The position numbers were made by a program, and so were the translations under genes. This document shows positions 38,005-47,637 of a stretch of DNA of 64,000 nt, piece by piece. The stretch is from a virus. The notes below the pieces were generated by a model. It ran no database searches. It saw only the letters and a program-made list of their open reading frames with translations, and had not been told where the DNA came from. Location of the stretch: positions 1 to 64,000 of the IMG/VR virus record IMGVR_UViG_3300033146_004974; one strand, 5' to 3'. Each line of letters starts with the position of its first letter. Position 1 is the first letter of the stretch.

Positions 38005-38619
38005 ATGGAAACAAACGATAAAAATCCAATTTTTGTGCCAAAGATTGTCCACATTCATGGAGAAATAGATGATACAAATGCCGCAAAAGCAATTGATCAA
38101 ATGTATGCAGTCAGGAGCTACATGAAAGAAACTGTTGTGATTAATGAGCGTGTAATGATTGAAGAACGCTCTGCAAAAGCAACAATTCTCTTAAAAAAGA
38201 ATCCAGAAATAACTTTAAGGGTTTCTTCAACCGGAGGTGGGGTCTATGATATGCTTTCTATTCTTGATACAATGGAAAATCTTAAAAGAACAATAGCCAT
38301 TAAGACTATTGCAACTGGGTATGTAATGTCGGCGGCAGTTCCTTTAATTGCTTTTGGCACAAAAGGAAGAAGGTTTGCTGGGAAACGTTGTCAATTCATG
38401 ATTCATGGAATTGCAGGGGGAGCTTATGGTAAACTTGTTGAAATTGTAGAGACAACCAAGCATTTGAAGCATCTTCAAAAGCTGTATATCGAAGCCTTGC
38501 TTGCAACAACAAACTTCCCCCCAAAGAAATTTGAAGAAATTGTCAAAAGCAGAGGGGAATTTTATTTCACTTCACAAGAGGCGCTGAAGTTCGGCATTAT
38601 TGATAAAATTATTGATTGA
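38005..38619 (+). CDS. ClpP-like serine protease
   Basis: SSTGGGVY, GYVMSAA (Ser), FMIHG (His), YFTSQEALKFGIIDKI; start uncertain. Confidence 0.88.
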   Translation: METNDKNPIFVPKIVHIHGEIDDTNAAKAIDQMYAVRSYMKETVVINERVMIEERSAKATILLKKNPEITLRVSSTGGGVYDMLSILDTMENLKRTIAIKTIATGYVMSAAVPLIAFGTKGRRFAGKRCQFMIHGIAGGAYGKLVEIVETTKHLKHLQKLYIEALLATTNFPPKKFEEIVKSRGEFYFTSQEALKFGIIDKIID

Positions 38620-38627
38620 GGGTGAGA

Positions 38628-39419
38628 ATGTTGTTAAGGAATATGGCAAGAATTTTTGCTCCTTCGTTGCACGACAAATGGCAAGTTAAAATGAGAAAGA
38701 CTCTTGCCGAATCTTTAACAAGAAATGAAAAAGTTGTGGTGCCAGAAAAGAAAGAAAAATGTATCATTTGTCATGATGAAGAAGTTGCAATCAAATGGTC
38801 AAAAGTTGTGAATGTTCATGACAACAACGCTTTAAAATCTGAAAGAGGAAATTATTCCAGAAGAAGGTCTGGTACAAAACCAAAAATGATTGTGACACAC
38901 TGGGATGTTACCAAAAGTGCCGAATCATGTTGCAAAGTTTTGAATCGTGTTGGACTATCTAGTCATTTTGTTATTGATAATGATGGGACAATTTTTCAAA
39001 TGCTTGACACCAAGCACAAAGCGTGGCACGCTGGGAAGGTTAACAAATTTTCAATAGGCATCGACATATCAAATGCTTATTATCTAAAACATCAAGATTG
39101 GTACATTAAAAATGGGTTTGGCCCTCGACCAATTATGAGTGATTGTTATATTCATGGGAAAAAATTGAAGCCATTTCTTGGTTTTTTCCCTATCCAAATC
39201 CAAGCTTACAAAGAACTGCTAAAAGCGTTAATGAACGCTTATTCAATAAAAAATGATTATCCAACTGAGGATGGCAATCTAATTAAAACAGTTTATAAAC
39301 CTGCTGTTAAAGGTGATTTTTCTGGATTTGTTGCACATTATCATGTATCAAAAAACAAGAAAGATGTCGCCGGGTTAGATTTTAGTAGAATTTGGAGCGA
39401 AATTGAAGAATATTATTAA
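38628..39419 (+). CDS. N-acetylmuramoyl-L-alanine amidase (Amidase_2), putative endolysin
   Basis: IVTHW, SSHFVIDNDG.I.Q, AWHAG..N..SIGID, VAHY..K.D. Confidence 0.9.
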   Translation: MLLRNMARIFAPSLHDKWQVKMRKTLAESLTRNEKVVVPEKKEKCIICHDEEVAIKWSKVVNVHDNNALKSERGNYSRRRSGTKPKMIVTHWDVTKSAESCCKVLNRVGLSSHFVIDNDGTIFQMLDTKHKAWHAGKVNKFSIGIDISNAYYLKHQDWYIKNGFGPRPIMSDCYIHGKKLKPFLGFFPIQIQAYKELLKALMNAYSIKNDYPTEDGNLIKTVYKPAVKGDFSGFVAHYHVSKNKKDVAGLDFSRIWSEIEEYY

Positions 39420-40905
39420 AGATTATGTTAAAAAAGAATATAAGAATCTCCCTGAACCTGTTATTGCCGATGATTTGAGCATTATTGTTTCGGAAGGTTA
39501 CAAAAGTGCAATGAATCATTTGCTTCTTGAAGCGAAGTTTGATTATTCCCAATTACCGACGGAAATGAAATCAAGGATATCCCTTTTCAACTCTATGCTC
39601 AAAAAAAAGGGAGATGATTTTCTGACTCTTGTGGACAAAAAACTATTGGCCGATTCAGTGAACAAATTGTCAGACACGGATGGCAGCATTGATAGCACTA
39701 AACTGATAACAGAGTTTATGAGCGGTTCATCAATCGGGAATTTTGATTTAAGCAAGAAAAATATCAAAAGCATTTTAAACGTTTTTGGCCAAAAAGGGGT
39801 GAGCATATTCATTCTCTCAGAGAATGGTTCATTGATTGGCAATTTTTCTGATCTAATAACCTTTTTATCGTCAAAAGATGGTGAAAAAGGCTATGAGGTA
39901 ATTGTTGCCAGGACAGAAAAGGGAAGGCTTTCATTTTCAAGTTTCAACATCACAAGAGAAAATTTTTTCTACTTTTTCCCAGCTAAGAAATACTTTGAAT
40001 ATACTCCAGATGATTTTGCAAAAGAAAATTCCTTAGAAGTACTTGGGAACAAAATTCCAACGCACAGGAAAGATTTGAGCAAAATTATTTCGCTGAATGA
40101 AGAAGTGAAAGTTGAGATCTTTTCTGACATTAATGGCAACATTTTCTCTGATATCAAAGATTTTGACAAAGAAGAGTTTTTCGAGAAGGTTTTGCCATTT
40201 TCCGGGAGAGTTGGACAATCTGATTCAATAAGAACCGATTTGCCTGATGGGATGGATGGATATAAATCTGCAATTGAACTTGTTAAATCTCACCCAGAAT
40301 CAGAAGAAATTTTGCAGAAATATGCAATGTATGCAGGTATGACTGAAAAAGAATTTTATGATACAATTTCTCCAAAAAATGGAAGGAAAAGGTCATATGG
40401 AACAATTTTTAAGAATCGTTTTGAATTAATTCTGAAGGTTGCGAACAAAATTAATAAGATGAAAAGGAAGCTTGGAACTGAAAGTGAAATGAAGCCAGGG
40501 CTTCCAATTCAGAATGCTCTTGTTGAGCTTGAGGATTTTGCCGAGAAGAAACCTACTTTGAAAGATTTAAAGGATTTGGCTATTTTTGATCCAATCTCTT
40601 GGGGCAATATTCTTATTAACAATTTAAAATATCAGAAAAATGGGTTTGTTGGAGGTGAATTTGAGTTGACCAAAAGAAAACTGGAAAAAAACATCGTCAA
40701 ACTTGGTTCTATTCCGAATGACCCTAACTATTATACAAAAGCTTCTGACAAAATTGATAAATTGATAGAAAAGAAAATTGATGATTTAAATTCATCAACA
40801 AACCATATTATCGATTTTGTTAGAGATTCGTTGAAACGACAATCAAAACGTGTTAAGCTCGAAAAAGAGTTGAACAAATTCAAAGAGCAAATTGGAGGTT
40901 TCTAA
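39403..40905 (+). CDS. hypothetical protein
   Basis: 500-aa ORF. Confidence 0.7.
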   Translation: MKNIIKDYVKKEYKNLPEPVIADDLSIIVSEGYKSAMNHLLLEAKFDYSQLPTEMKSRISLFNSMLKKKGDDFLTLVDKKLLADSVNKLSDTDGSIDSTKLITEFMSGSSIGNFDLSKKNIKSILNVFGQKGVSIFILSENGSLIGNFSDLITFLSSKDGEKGYEVIVARTEKGRLSFSSFNITRENFFYFFPAKKYFEYTPDDFAKENSLEVLGNKIPTHRKDLSKIISLNEEVKVEIFSDINGNIFSDIKDFDKEEFFEKVLPFSGRVGQSDSIRTDLPDGMDGYKSAIELVKSHPESEEILQKYAMYAGMTEKEFYDTISPKNGRKRSYGTIFKNRFELILKVANKINKMKRKLGTESEMKPGLPIQNALVELEDFAEKKPTLKDLKDLAIFDPISWGNILINNLKYQKNGFVGGEFELTKRKLEKNIVKLGSIPNDPNYYTKASDKIDKLIEKKIDDLNSSTNHIIDFVRDSLKRQSKRVKLEKELNKFKEQIGGF

Positions 40906-42482
40906 TGAAGAAAAAAATCCTTTTCGATCAAGAATTGCGTCGCGAGATTCTAGAAGGTGTTAGGAAGTTATCAAAAGCCGTTAGTTCAACGTTGGGGCCA
41001 AAGGGACGGAATGTCATTATTCGTCACAAGGAGAAATTGCCATTCATGACAAAAGATGGCGTAACTGTCGCGCAATCTTTTGTCATTTCTGACAATGTTG
41101 TGCAGAATGCGGCTGCACAAATTGTTAAAGAAGTCTCGCTGAATACAAACAAAGAAGTTGGTGATGGTACAACAACTGCCACAATTTTGACTCATAGTAT
41201 TCTTGAAAATTCTGATAAATACTTGACGAGTGGGATTTCTCCAATTGAATTACAAAGGGGAATTGAAAAGATTTCCTCATTTATTCTTGATGAAATTCAT
41301 TCAGAAAAACAATTTGTCAAGACTGAAGAGGATGTTAAGAACATTGCAACAATTTCTGCCAATGGTGATGAAGAAATTGCAGAAATTGTTGCAACTGCCG
41401 TGACATCCGTTGGTTTAGATGGTGCTGTGACAGTTGAAAACGGTTTTGGGAAAACAAGTCTTGATATGAAAGAAGGCTTCCTCTATCCTTCTGGATTTTT
41501 GACACCACATTTTATCACGAATCTTGATTTAAGGAATACGACCACATTAAATCCTTTCATTTTTATCACTGATTATGACATTAGTGCTGTTGAGCATTTC
41601 ATGCCTGTTATCGAAGTGGCGGCGGCAGTTAACAGAGATGTTTTACTTATTGCACCAAGTATTAATAAAACGGCCTTGAAAGCTTTGATCAGCAATGAAT
41701 TATCGGAAAAGACTGTTAATCGTGTAATACCGATTGAAGCAGCTTTTTTCGGCAATCGTCAAAGTGATGTTTTATTTGATTTGGCCACAAAGGTTGGCGC
41801 GACAGTTATTTCAATTAAAAACAATCTCGTTTTTGGCCAGGCTGCCATTAAACATCTCGGAACAGCAGAGAAAGTTGAAATCAACAATTATCAAACACTA
41901 TTTTTGGCTGTTGGCAATCAGGAGGAAATCGATTATCGCTTGAAAGATATCGAACATCAAATGAAACAACCGAACACTCCGCCAGAGGATGAGCAATTTA
42001 TGCATGAGCGAATTCTCAGGCTAAGAAGTGCCGTTGCGATTATTCAAGCAGGGGGAAATTCTAAACTTGAAATGATTGAGAAAAAGCATAGGATTCAAGA
42101 TTCTATTGAGGCAGTTAAAGCGGCAATAACATTTGGTTATTTGCCTGGTGGCGGATCATTTCTGCTAAAGGTTGCAGACAAATTTGAGTCTGATGGTTTT
42201 TCTCTTGGTGAAAAAGGCGGTGTTGAGATTATCAAGAAAGCGTGTACCGAGCCGGTTCGACAACTTGCGAAGAACTCAGGATTAGTTCCAGACGTTGTTG
42301 TCAACACAGTTTTGAAAAGTGAAAAAAATTGTGGAGTGAATATGTCAAATGGTTTGGAATGCAATTTGATCGATTCTGGCATCATCGACCCAGCACAAGT
42401 GATTGAAGTTTCGTTTAAGAATGCTGTATCGGTTGCAGGAACTCTTTTGATGGCGGGTGTCGGGATTATTGAAGAGGAATAA
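40905..42482 (+). CDS. groEL: GroEL-like chaperonin
   Basis: TLGPKGRNV, TKDGVTVA, GDGTTTAT, PGGG, GIIDP; lacks the GGM tail. Confidence 0.95.
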   Translation: MKKKILFDQELRREILEGVRKLSKAVSSTLGPKGRNVIIRHKEKLPFMTKDGVTVAQSFVISDNVVQNAAAQIVKEVSLNTNKEVGDGTTTATILTHSILENSDKYLTSGISPIELQRGIEKISSFILDEIHSEKQFVKTEEDVKNIATISANGDEEIAEIVATAVTSVGLDGAVTVENGFGKTSLDMKEGFLYPSGFLTPHFITNLDLRNTTTLNPFIFITDYDISAVEHFMPVIEVAAAVNRDVLLIAPSINKTALKALISNELSEKTVNRVIPIEAAFFGNRQSDVLFDLATKVGATVISIKNNLVFGQAAIKHLGTAEKVEINNYQTLFLAVGNQEEIDYRLKDIEHQMKQPNTPPEDEQFMHERILRLRSAVAIIQAGGNSKLEMIEKKHRIQDSIEAVKAAITFGYLPGGGSFLLKVADKFESDGFSLGEKGGVEIIKKACTEPVRQLAKNSGLVPDVVVNTVLKSEKNCGVNMSNGLECNLIDSGIIDPAQVIEVSFKNAVSVAGTLLMAGVGIIEEE

Positions 42483-42484
42483 GG

Positions 42485-42823
42485 ATGGAGTTTTATCAAT
42501 TTTTAACAGATATAGGAGGTGTTGCAAAACTAGTTCTCTTATTCATATTGGGCGGCTTCATGCTTCATCTTAAATCGGCTGTTAACAATGGAAAGATTTC
42601 TGTTGTTATACAAAGCAGGACCAACTCCTCTTTAGAAAAAGAAAACCATATTTTAAAAGAGGAAAACTCTAAACTTTGTGTAGAAATTAAGGAAGTAAGG
42701 TTGACTGCAAAACAAATGTCGGAAGAAGTTGAAGCATGGCAAATAAAGTATATTGAAGCCCTTGAAAAAAGCAAAAAAGAGTTTTTAGAATTAAAAAAGG
42801 AGATTGAAGATGAACACACTTAG
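42485..42823 (+). CDS. membrane-anchored coiled-coil protein (holin/spanin-like?)
   Basis: Single N-terminal TM followed by a coiled coil. Confidence 0.45.
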   Translation: MEFYQFLTDIGGVAKLVLLFILGGFMLHLKSAVNNGKISVVIQSRTNSSLEKENHILKEENSKLCVEIKEVRLTAKQMSEEVEAWQIKYIEALEKSKKEFLELKKEIEDEHT

Positions 42824-42895
42824 TGACAAAGAAAGGAATAGACTTATAGTAAAAATGATGCTCTTTTTCTTCCTCTTGTTGATGATGATGTTCTA

Positions 42896-43681
42896 ATGAT
42901 TTTCAAAAAATATGAATCTTTCTTGAAAAGCAATATTCAACGCCATCACAATCGTGTATCAATGATTAAAAAAATTGATATTGCGATTGAATATGAAGAT
43001 TTTATAGATGCACAATTGCATTATGATATTGCAGTGCTTTTGCTTTCCGAAATGAGGAAAACTTGGGCACTGGATAGGATAGCAATAATTTTTTCATTTC
43101 ATAGCGAAAAAATTTTGGAAGATAGGAAAAGGGAGTTTGAGAACTTTGTTGTCAATCAGGATCAAAGGGCACAGTTAAAGAAAGTTTTGAATTATTTTGA
43201 CTTATCTAATTCTATGATATATGAAGAGAATTATATGATGAAGAAGTATTACAGAATGCGAAACGCTTTAACATTTGGTGACTATATCAATCCACAAGAT
43301 TTAGGAGGATTTGTTGGCGAAAAAAGTGTGAATAAAATCATCTCCAATCTTAACAAGCCAGCTATTTACGAGTCTGGAGATCTGTTGTTGATTAATTTCA
43401 CCAGAATGAAAAACGACAGATTTCGCAAAATCTTCGATCTTCATTATTACCAATCGAAGAATTACATCAGAAGTGGTCTCTTTTTCGTTCTGTCCGAAAC
43501 AGATATTGTTGGCCCATCAGGAAGAATGTATAGAGGATGGTTATTTACAGGCGATAGAAAATTGGATGTTCACATTGGAGAACAATTCTTAAAAAAATAC
43601 CGTTTTACTAAGAGGATGAGGAATGATATCAGGAAATTTAGAAAAGAACATGGACAATTACAATCGAAATCCTATTATTAG
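42896..43681 (+). CDS. hypothetical protein
   Basis: 261-aa ORF. Confidence 0.65.
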   Translation: MIFKKYESFLKSNIQRHHNRVSMIKKIDIAIEYEDFIDAQLHYDIAVLLLSEMRKTWALDRIAIIFSFHSEKILEDRKREFENFVVNQDQRAQLKKVLNYFDLSNSMIYEENYMMKKYYRMRNALTFGDYINPQDLGGFVGEKSVNKIISNLNKPAIYESGDLLLINFTRMKNDRFRKIFDLHYYQSKNYIRSGLFFVLSETDIVGPSGRMYRGWLFTGDRKLDVHIGEQFLKKYRFTKRMRNDIRKFRKEHGQLQSKSYY

Positions 43682-43946
43682 AGTTCAAAAAACGGTAGAT
43701 TGGAGAAATTTTAGAAACCTTTTGGAACATGAATGGAGCGAATTTCAAGATCTTGTGGAATGGGGGGGGATGGATGTTTTCAAATGGGATTCTGAAGAGA
43801 TGGCCGATTCGATGTTGAGAATTAAACTGAAATTTGACGATTTGTACACAAATTTTGAAGCTTACTTGGAAATAGAGAAAAAAATTGAAGATAACACACC
43901 AAGAAATGAAGAAGACATTCCAGAAGTTGAACATTCAGGCGATTAA
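43650..43946 (+). CDS. hypothetical protein
   Basis: ORF in operon. Confidence 0.55.
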   Translation: MDNYNRNPIIRVQKTVDWRNFRNLLEHEWSEFQDLVEWGGMDVFKWDSEEMADSMLRIKLKFDDLYTNFEAYLEIEKKIEDNTPRNEEDIPEVEHSGD

Positions 43947-44202
43947 CGCTTCAATATTGAGTGCAGAAGAAGAGCCACAATGGATTCCTAAAAAAGAAGG
44001 AGTTCAAGAGCTTTTATGGAATTTGAAAGAAGATTGTGAAGAGACTGTGAAACTGATGCTGAACTTTTTTCATCCTTCAGTTGAAACTGATGCTGAAATT
44101 AATGATGAAACTTTTGCAGAATTGTTTATCAAACTTGAGCTGAATTTTGCAATGACAGAATTGTTGAGAAGAGAGTTTTCCATTTCGCTTTTGTTGCACT
44201 GA
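43885..44202 (+). CDS. hypothetical protein
   Basis: ORF in operon; start uncertain. Confidence 0.5.
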   Translation: MKITHQEMKKTFQKLNIQAINASILSAEEEPQWIPKKEGVQELLWNLKEDCEETVKLMLNFFHPSVETDAEINDETFAELFIKLELNFAMTELLRREFSISLLLH

Positions 44203-44210
44203 AAGAGAAA

Positions 44211-44681
44211 ATGTTGAGCAAAATAGCGCTTTTTATGTTCAAGTTAAGCTCATTTTATTCGCTTGTGGCATTGTACTCTATTGTCTCATTCGGTTTCTGC
44301 ACTCTTCAGACATCATTACTAATTGGTTTTGCAGCAGTGTGGTTGATGCTGATGAACAAAGCTTTTTACTCCTTTTTCAAGTCGTATCTTGAAGTTTTGC
44401 CATTTAGGGTTGACAAAAGCAAGACTTATCAAGTTTCTTACGATATCATTTTCCCAATGGCAGTTCTGCTTTCATTCAATATGATCACCTTTTATGGATT
44501 TTTTGCAATACCTTTTCTAATTGCAGTCATCGGTAGCAAAACTTACCCATATTCTTTTGGCAAACAAATTTATTTAGTTCGTGGGGAGAAATTGTTCTAC
44601 ATCATTTCCAAACGTCCATTGTCAAAAGTGACGCATGTGCGTTGTTTGAGCAATGTTCTATATATTGATGTAGAAAGGTGA
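44211..44681 (+). CDS. multi-pass membrane protein
   Basis: About four hydrophobic segments. Confidence 0.6.
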   Translation: MLSKIALFMFKLSSFYSLVALYSIVSFGFCTLQTSLLIGFAAVWLMLMNKAFYSFFKSYLEVLPFRVDKSKTYQVSYDIIFPMAVLLSFNMITFYGFFAIPFLIAVIGSKTYPYSFGKQIYLVRGEKLFYIISKRPLSKVTHVRCLSNVLYIDVER

Positions 44682-44685
44682 TGCA

Positions 44686-44901
44686 ATGAAATTTTGCAAA
44701 GAATCGGAAGAAGTCAAATCGTTTGAAAATGATTTTGAAGCTTTTGTTTTATATGAAGAATGGGGTGTTGATGATTGTTGTTTCAAATGTTGTTTTATTT
44801 ATTTCGCATGTTGTTTTATTGCAGTTGATAATACGCCCGTCTTAGAGAACCAAGTGGGACCTACACATGTAAGTTACAATTTCAGCAGAAATTGGATGTG
44901 A
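44686..44901 (+). CDS. 71-aa Cys-rich peptide, copy 1
   Basis: Acidic N-part, core DDCCFKCCFIYFACCFIA, conserved C-part. Confidence 0.6.
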   Translation: MKFCKESEEVKSFENDFEAFVLYEEWGVDDCCFKCCFIYFACCFIAVDNTPVLENQVGPTHVSYNFSRNWM

Positions 44902-44931
44902 TACAATAAAGTTGGCAAAAGACGAAAGTCT

Positions 44932-44987
44932 TCGAAACAGCACGAATCCTCGCCGTGTTTGACTCCTGAGCGCGGGTGTGACATTGT
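44932..44987 (+). promoter_or_regulatory. phage promoter family member
   Basis: TCGAAAC..AATCC..TTGACT-N17-CATTGT. Confidence 0.7.
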
Positions 44988-45037
44988 GAAGGTGCAAGCG
45001 AAGGAATATCACAAACACGTTGTACAAGGCGTTGACA

Positions 45038-45232
45038 ATGAAATTCCGTCAAGAATCAGAAGAAGTCGAATCGTTTGAAAATGATTTCGAAACTTTTGTT
45101 ATATATGAAGAATGGGATATTGATGATTGTTATTTCGCATGTGGTCCTGCTGGAGTTGATAATACGCCCCACTTGGAGAATCAAGTGGGGCTTACACATG
45201 TAAGTTACAATTTCAGCAGAAATTGGATGTGA
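45038..45232 (+). CDS. 64-aa peptide, copy 2
   Basis: Paralog of copy 1, frame preserved, core DDCYFACGPAG. Confidence 0.6.
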   Translation: MKFRQESEEVESFENDFETFVIYEEWDIDDCYFACGPAGVDNTPHLENQVGLTHVSYNFSRNWM

Positions 45233-45262
45233 TACAACAAAGTTTGCGAAAGGTGATACATC

Positions 45263-45318
45263 TTGAAACGGCGCAAATTCGTACTGTGCTTGACTCCTAA
45301 GCGCTAGTGTGGCATTGT
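45263..45318 (+). promoter_or_regulatory. phage promoter family member
   Basis: TTGAAACGGCGCAAATTC..TTGACT-N17-CATTGT. Confidence 0.75.
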
Positions 45319-45369
45319 GAAGGTGCGAGCACGGAATCACCACAAACACGTTGCACAAGGCGTTGACAA

Positions 45370-46164
45370 ATGTATATTCAAAACTTTGTTGTTGAAGTTA
45401 CCAGAAGATGTAACATGGTTTGCTCTCATTGCTTGCGAGGGAAAGCCCAGAATCTTGAAATGAGTCGAGAAACAGTTTCGCGTTTGTTTCGCGGAATTGA
45501 TAGTATTAGGGCTTTAACGATAACAGGTGGAGAGCCAAGCCTCGCCGTCGAAAGAATTGAATGGATCATTGATGAATTGAAAAACAATCATGTCGAACTT
45601 GGCTATTTTTATATTGCAACAAATGGTAAGAAAGTTTCTCAAGAGTTTTTGATTGCTTTGATCAAACTTTATGCACTTTCTGATGAAAAAGATATGTGCC
45701 AAGTCCTTGTTTCGACAAGCTATCATGATTTGCCCGTGAATAATGATCAATTGGAACTCCTTTCGGCATTAAATTTTGTCGAGATTCAGAAGGATGCTCC
45801 TTTCGCCTTGATCGAACAAGGATTCGCAGAAAATTTGTCCGGCAACAAAAGAGAATTAAGCCTGGAATGGTTTGAAGTTGATGAAGATAGTATAATGGAT
45901 GGATATATTTATATCAATGCAAAAGGAGATTTCATTCCATCTTGCGATATGTCTTATGACAATCAAGATTTGGTTGCCAAATTTGGCAATGTGAACGATG
46001 ATGGTTTTAATTATTTTGAGGCCATTGAACAGTTTAATGAAATACAGGAATATTCTCCCATCAATGAGGACAGTGAATATGGGATTTGCTTTAGTGAGTT
46101 GATCGATAGATTGATGGAAAAGTACAAAAACATTTGGAGTTTTAAATGTTCATCTGCTGCATGA
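45370..46164 (+). CDS. radical SAM enzyme 1
   Basis: EVTRRCNMVCSHC (CxxxCxxC), ITGGEP, ATNG, YINAKGDFIPSC. Confidence 0.93.
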   Translation: MYIQNFVVEVTRRCNMVCSHCLRGKAQNLEMSRETVSRLFRGIDSIRALTITGGEPSLAVERIEWIIDELKNNHVELGYFYIATNGKKVSQEFLIALIKLYALSDEKDMCQVLVSTSYHDLPVNNDQLELLSALNFVEIQKDAPFALIEQGFAENLSGNKRELSLEWFEVDEDSIMDGYIYINAKGDFIPSCDMSYDNQDLVAKFGNVNDDGFNYFEAIEQFNEIQEYSPINEDSEYGICFSELIDRLMEKYKNIWSFKCSSAA

Positions 46165-46598
46165 TTATTGTTACAATTGTAGCATGGATTTCTCAAAATG
46201 CTTTGCATGAAATGGCGCACTTTTTGGTGGCGAAATATCATTTCAATGTTAAGCTGAAAACATTCAGAATCTTTCCTCACTTTCTGGGAAAAGATGGAGA
46301 AGTCTATTATCTCCCATTCACTCTCAAAAAGCCTGAAGGTGCGCGGTTTTTATTCGCAAGGGTTGAATGGGAAGGAGGAGAGTCAGAAAGTGCCGCAAAA
46401 ATGAGACAAGTTCTTGCAGCACCGCTTGTTGCTTCATTTGCTTTAATCCTTCTGCTGCTCATTGCAGAAAGTTTGACAGGATTCAGCTTTTTTTATTCCC
46501 CATTTTATCTAACATCAGGAATCAACATCGTTTGGTGGATTTGGGGAATGAAATTTGGCTCAAAATTTTCTGATGGCAAAAGATATTTGTCATTGTGA
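46146..46598 (+). CDS. membrane metalloprotease-like protein (M50/S2P-like)
   Basis: ALHEMAH within a TM segment, VLAAP, C-terminal SDG. Confidence 0.65.
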   Translation: MFICCMIIVTIVAWISQNALHEMAHFLVAKYHFNVKLKTFRIFPHFLGKDGEVYYLPFTLKKPEGARFLFARVEWEGGESESAAKMRQVLAAPLVASFALILLLLIAESLTGFSFFYSPFYLTSGINIVWWIWGMKFGSKFSDGKRYLSL

Positions 46599-46604
46599 GG
46601 AAAA

Positions 46605-47627
46605 ATGGAAATTTTTGACAACAAAGAATTCAAGATTCTTAGGTCAGATGAGTACAACTTCGTTTTTGACAAAAAGACTGGAGTTTTCAAAAGGTGGGGA
46701 AAGACTTTTGACGATGATCCAGAAGAAGGTCTGCCAGAAATTGCCGATATTGAAATTTCAGAAGTTTGTTCTGGAGTCTCTGGAAGTGGTTTGTGTAATT
46801 TTTGTTATAAAAGCAACACAAAGTCTGGGCGGAATATGAGCCTTGAGACCTTTAAAAAGGTCTTTTCCAATCTTCCGAAAAGCGTGACTCAAATTGCTTT
46901 TGGAATTGGTGATATTGAAGGTAATCCAGAGATTTGGGATATTTTGTGGCACACCAGAAACAATGGTGTCATTCCCAATATTACAATAAATGGACAAGGG
47001 ATAACAAAAAAAATTGCGCATAAGTTGGCCAGTGTTTGCGGCGCTGTTGCAGTCTCTTTGTACAACAAAGAATTAACATTTGATGCTGTTCATAAGCTTT
47101 CTGAAGAAGGTTTAAAGCAAGTTAATATCCATTTCTTTTTGGCTGAAGAAACATATGAAAGGGCGTTAAGAACTCTTGATGATATCAAGAATGACGAAAG
47201 ATTGGCCAATTTGAATGCGCTAGTCTTTTTGTCGCTGAAGTCAAAAGGCCGTGCCAAAGGTAATTTCCATTCTCTTTCGCAAGAGAGATTCACCAATCTT
47301 GTGGAAAAATCAATGGAAAAAGGAGTTAGAATCGGTTTTGATTCATGTTCGGCATTTAAATATCTGAATGCTGTTGGATATGAAGAACCACATATTTCAT
47401 TCACAGAGCCTTGCGAAAGCACTCTTTTTTCAATGTATATAAACGTTGAAGGAAAATTTTTTCCATGTTCTTTTATGGAAGGTGAAAAAGGTTGGGAAAA
47501 AGGAATTGATTGCACAAGTGGAGAATTTTTGAAAGCAGTATGGAATCATGGGAGAACATGCAGAACAAGAAATTTAGTGAAAATTGCAAGAAAATCTTGT
47601 GTTAATTGTCACCATTTTAAAATTTGA
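46605..47627 (+). CDS. radical SAM enzyme 2 with SPASM/twitch-like C-terminus
   Basis: CSGVSGSGLCNFC (Cx8Cx2C), NITING, PCES..YINVEGKFFPCSF..CVNC. Confidence 0.88.
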   Translation: MEIFDNKEFKILRSDEYNFVFDKKTGVFKRWGKTFDDDPEEGLPEIADIEISEVCSGVSGSGLCNFCYKSNTKSGRNMSLETFKKVFSNLPKSVTQIAFGIGDIEGNPEIWDILWHTRNNGVIPNITINGQGITKKIAHKLASVCGAVAVSLYNKELTFDAVHKLSEEGLKQVNIHFFLAEETYERALRTLDDIKNDERLANLNALVFLSLKSKGRAKGNFHSLSQERFTNLVEKSMEKGVRIGFDSCSAFKYLNAVGYEEPHISFTEPCESTLFSMYINVEGKFFPCSFMEGEKGWEKGIDCTSGEFLKAVWNHGRTCRTRNLVKIARKSCVNCHHFKI

Positions 47628-47637
47628 GGGAAAATAA

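Larger units (their letters stand above)
44686..45369 (+). repeat. tandem duplication (44686-45037 / 45038-45369): peptide ORF + promoter + leader
   Basis: Direct alignment; both units end in AAGGCGTTGACA immediately before an ATG. Confidence 0.92.

Noticed and set aside
37905-38021. 38-aa ORF with good SD overlapping the ClpP start; possible frameshifted ClpP N-terminus at A runs
   Set aside because: ClpP has its own plausible SD/ATG at 38005; a small ORF, slippage and a homopolymer error cannot be distinguished without reads.
44686-45369. DGR or CRISPR-like array
   Set aside because: Only two long units with indels and mixed substitutions; no short repeat-spacer periodicity, no RT or cas genes.
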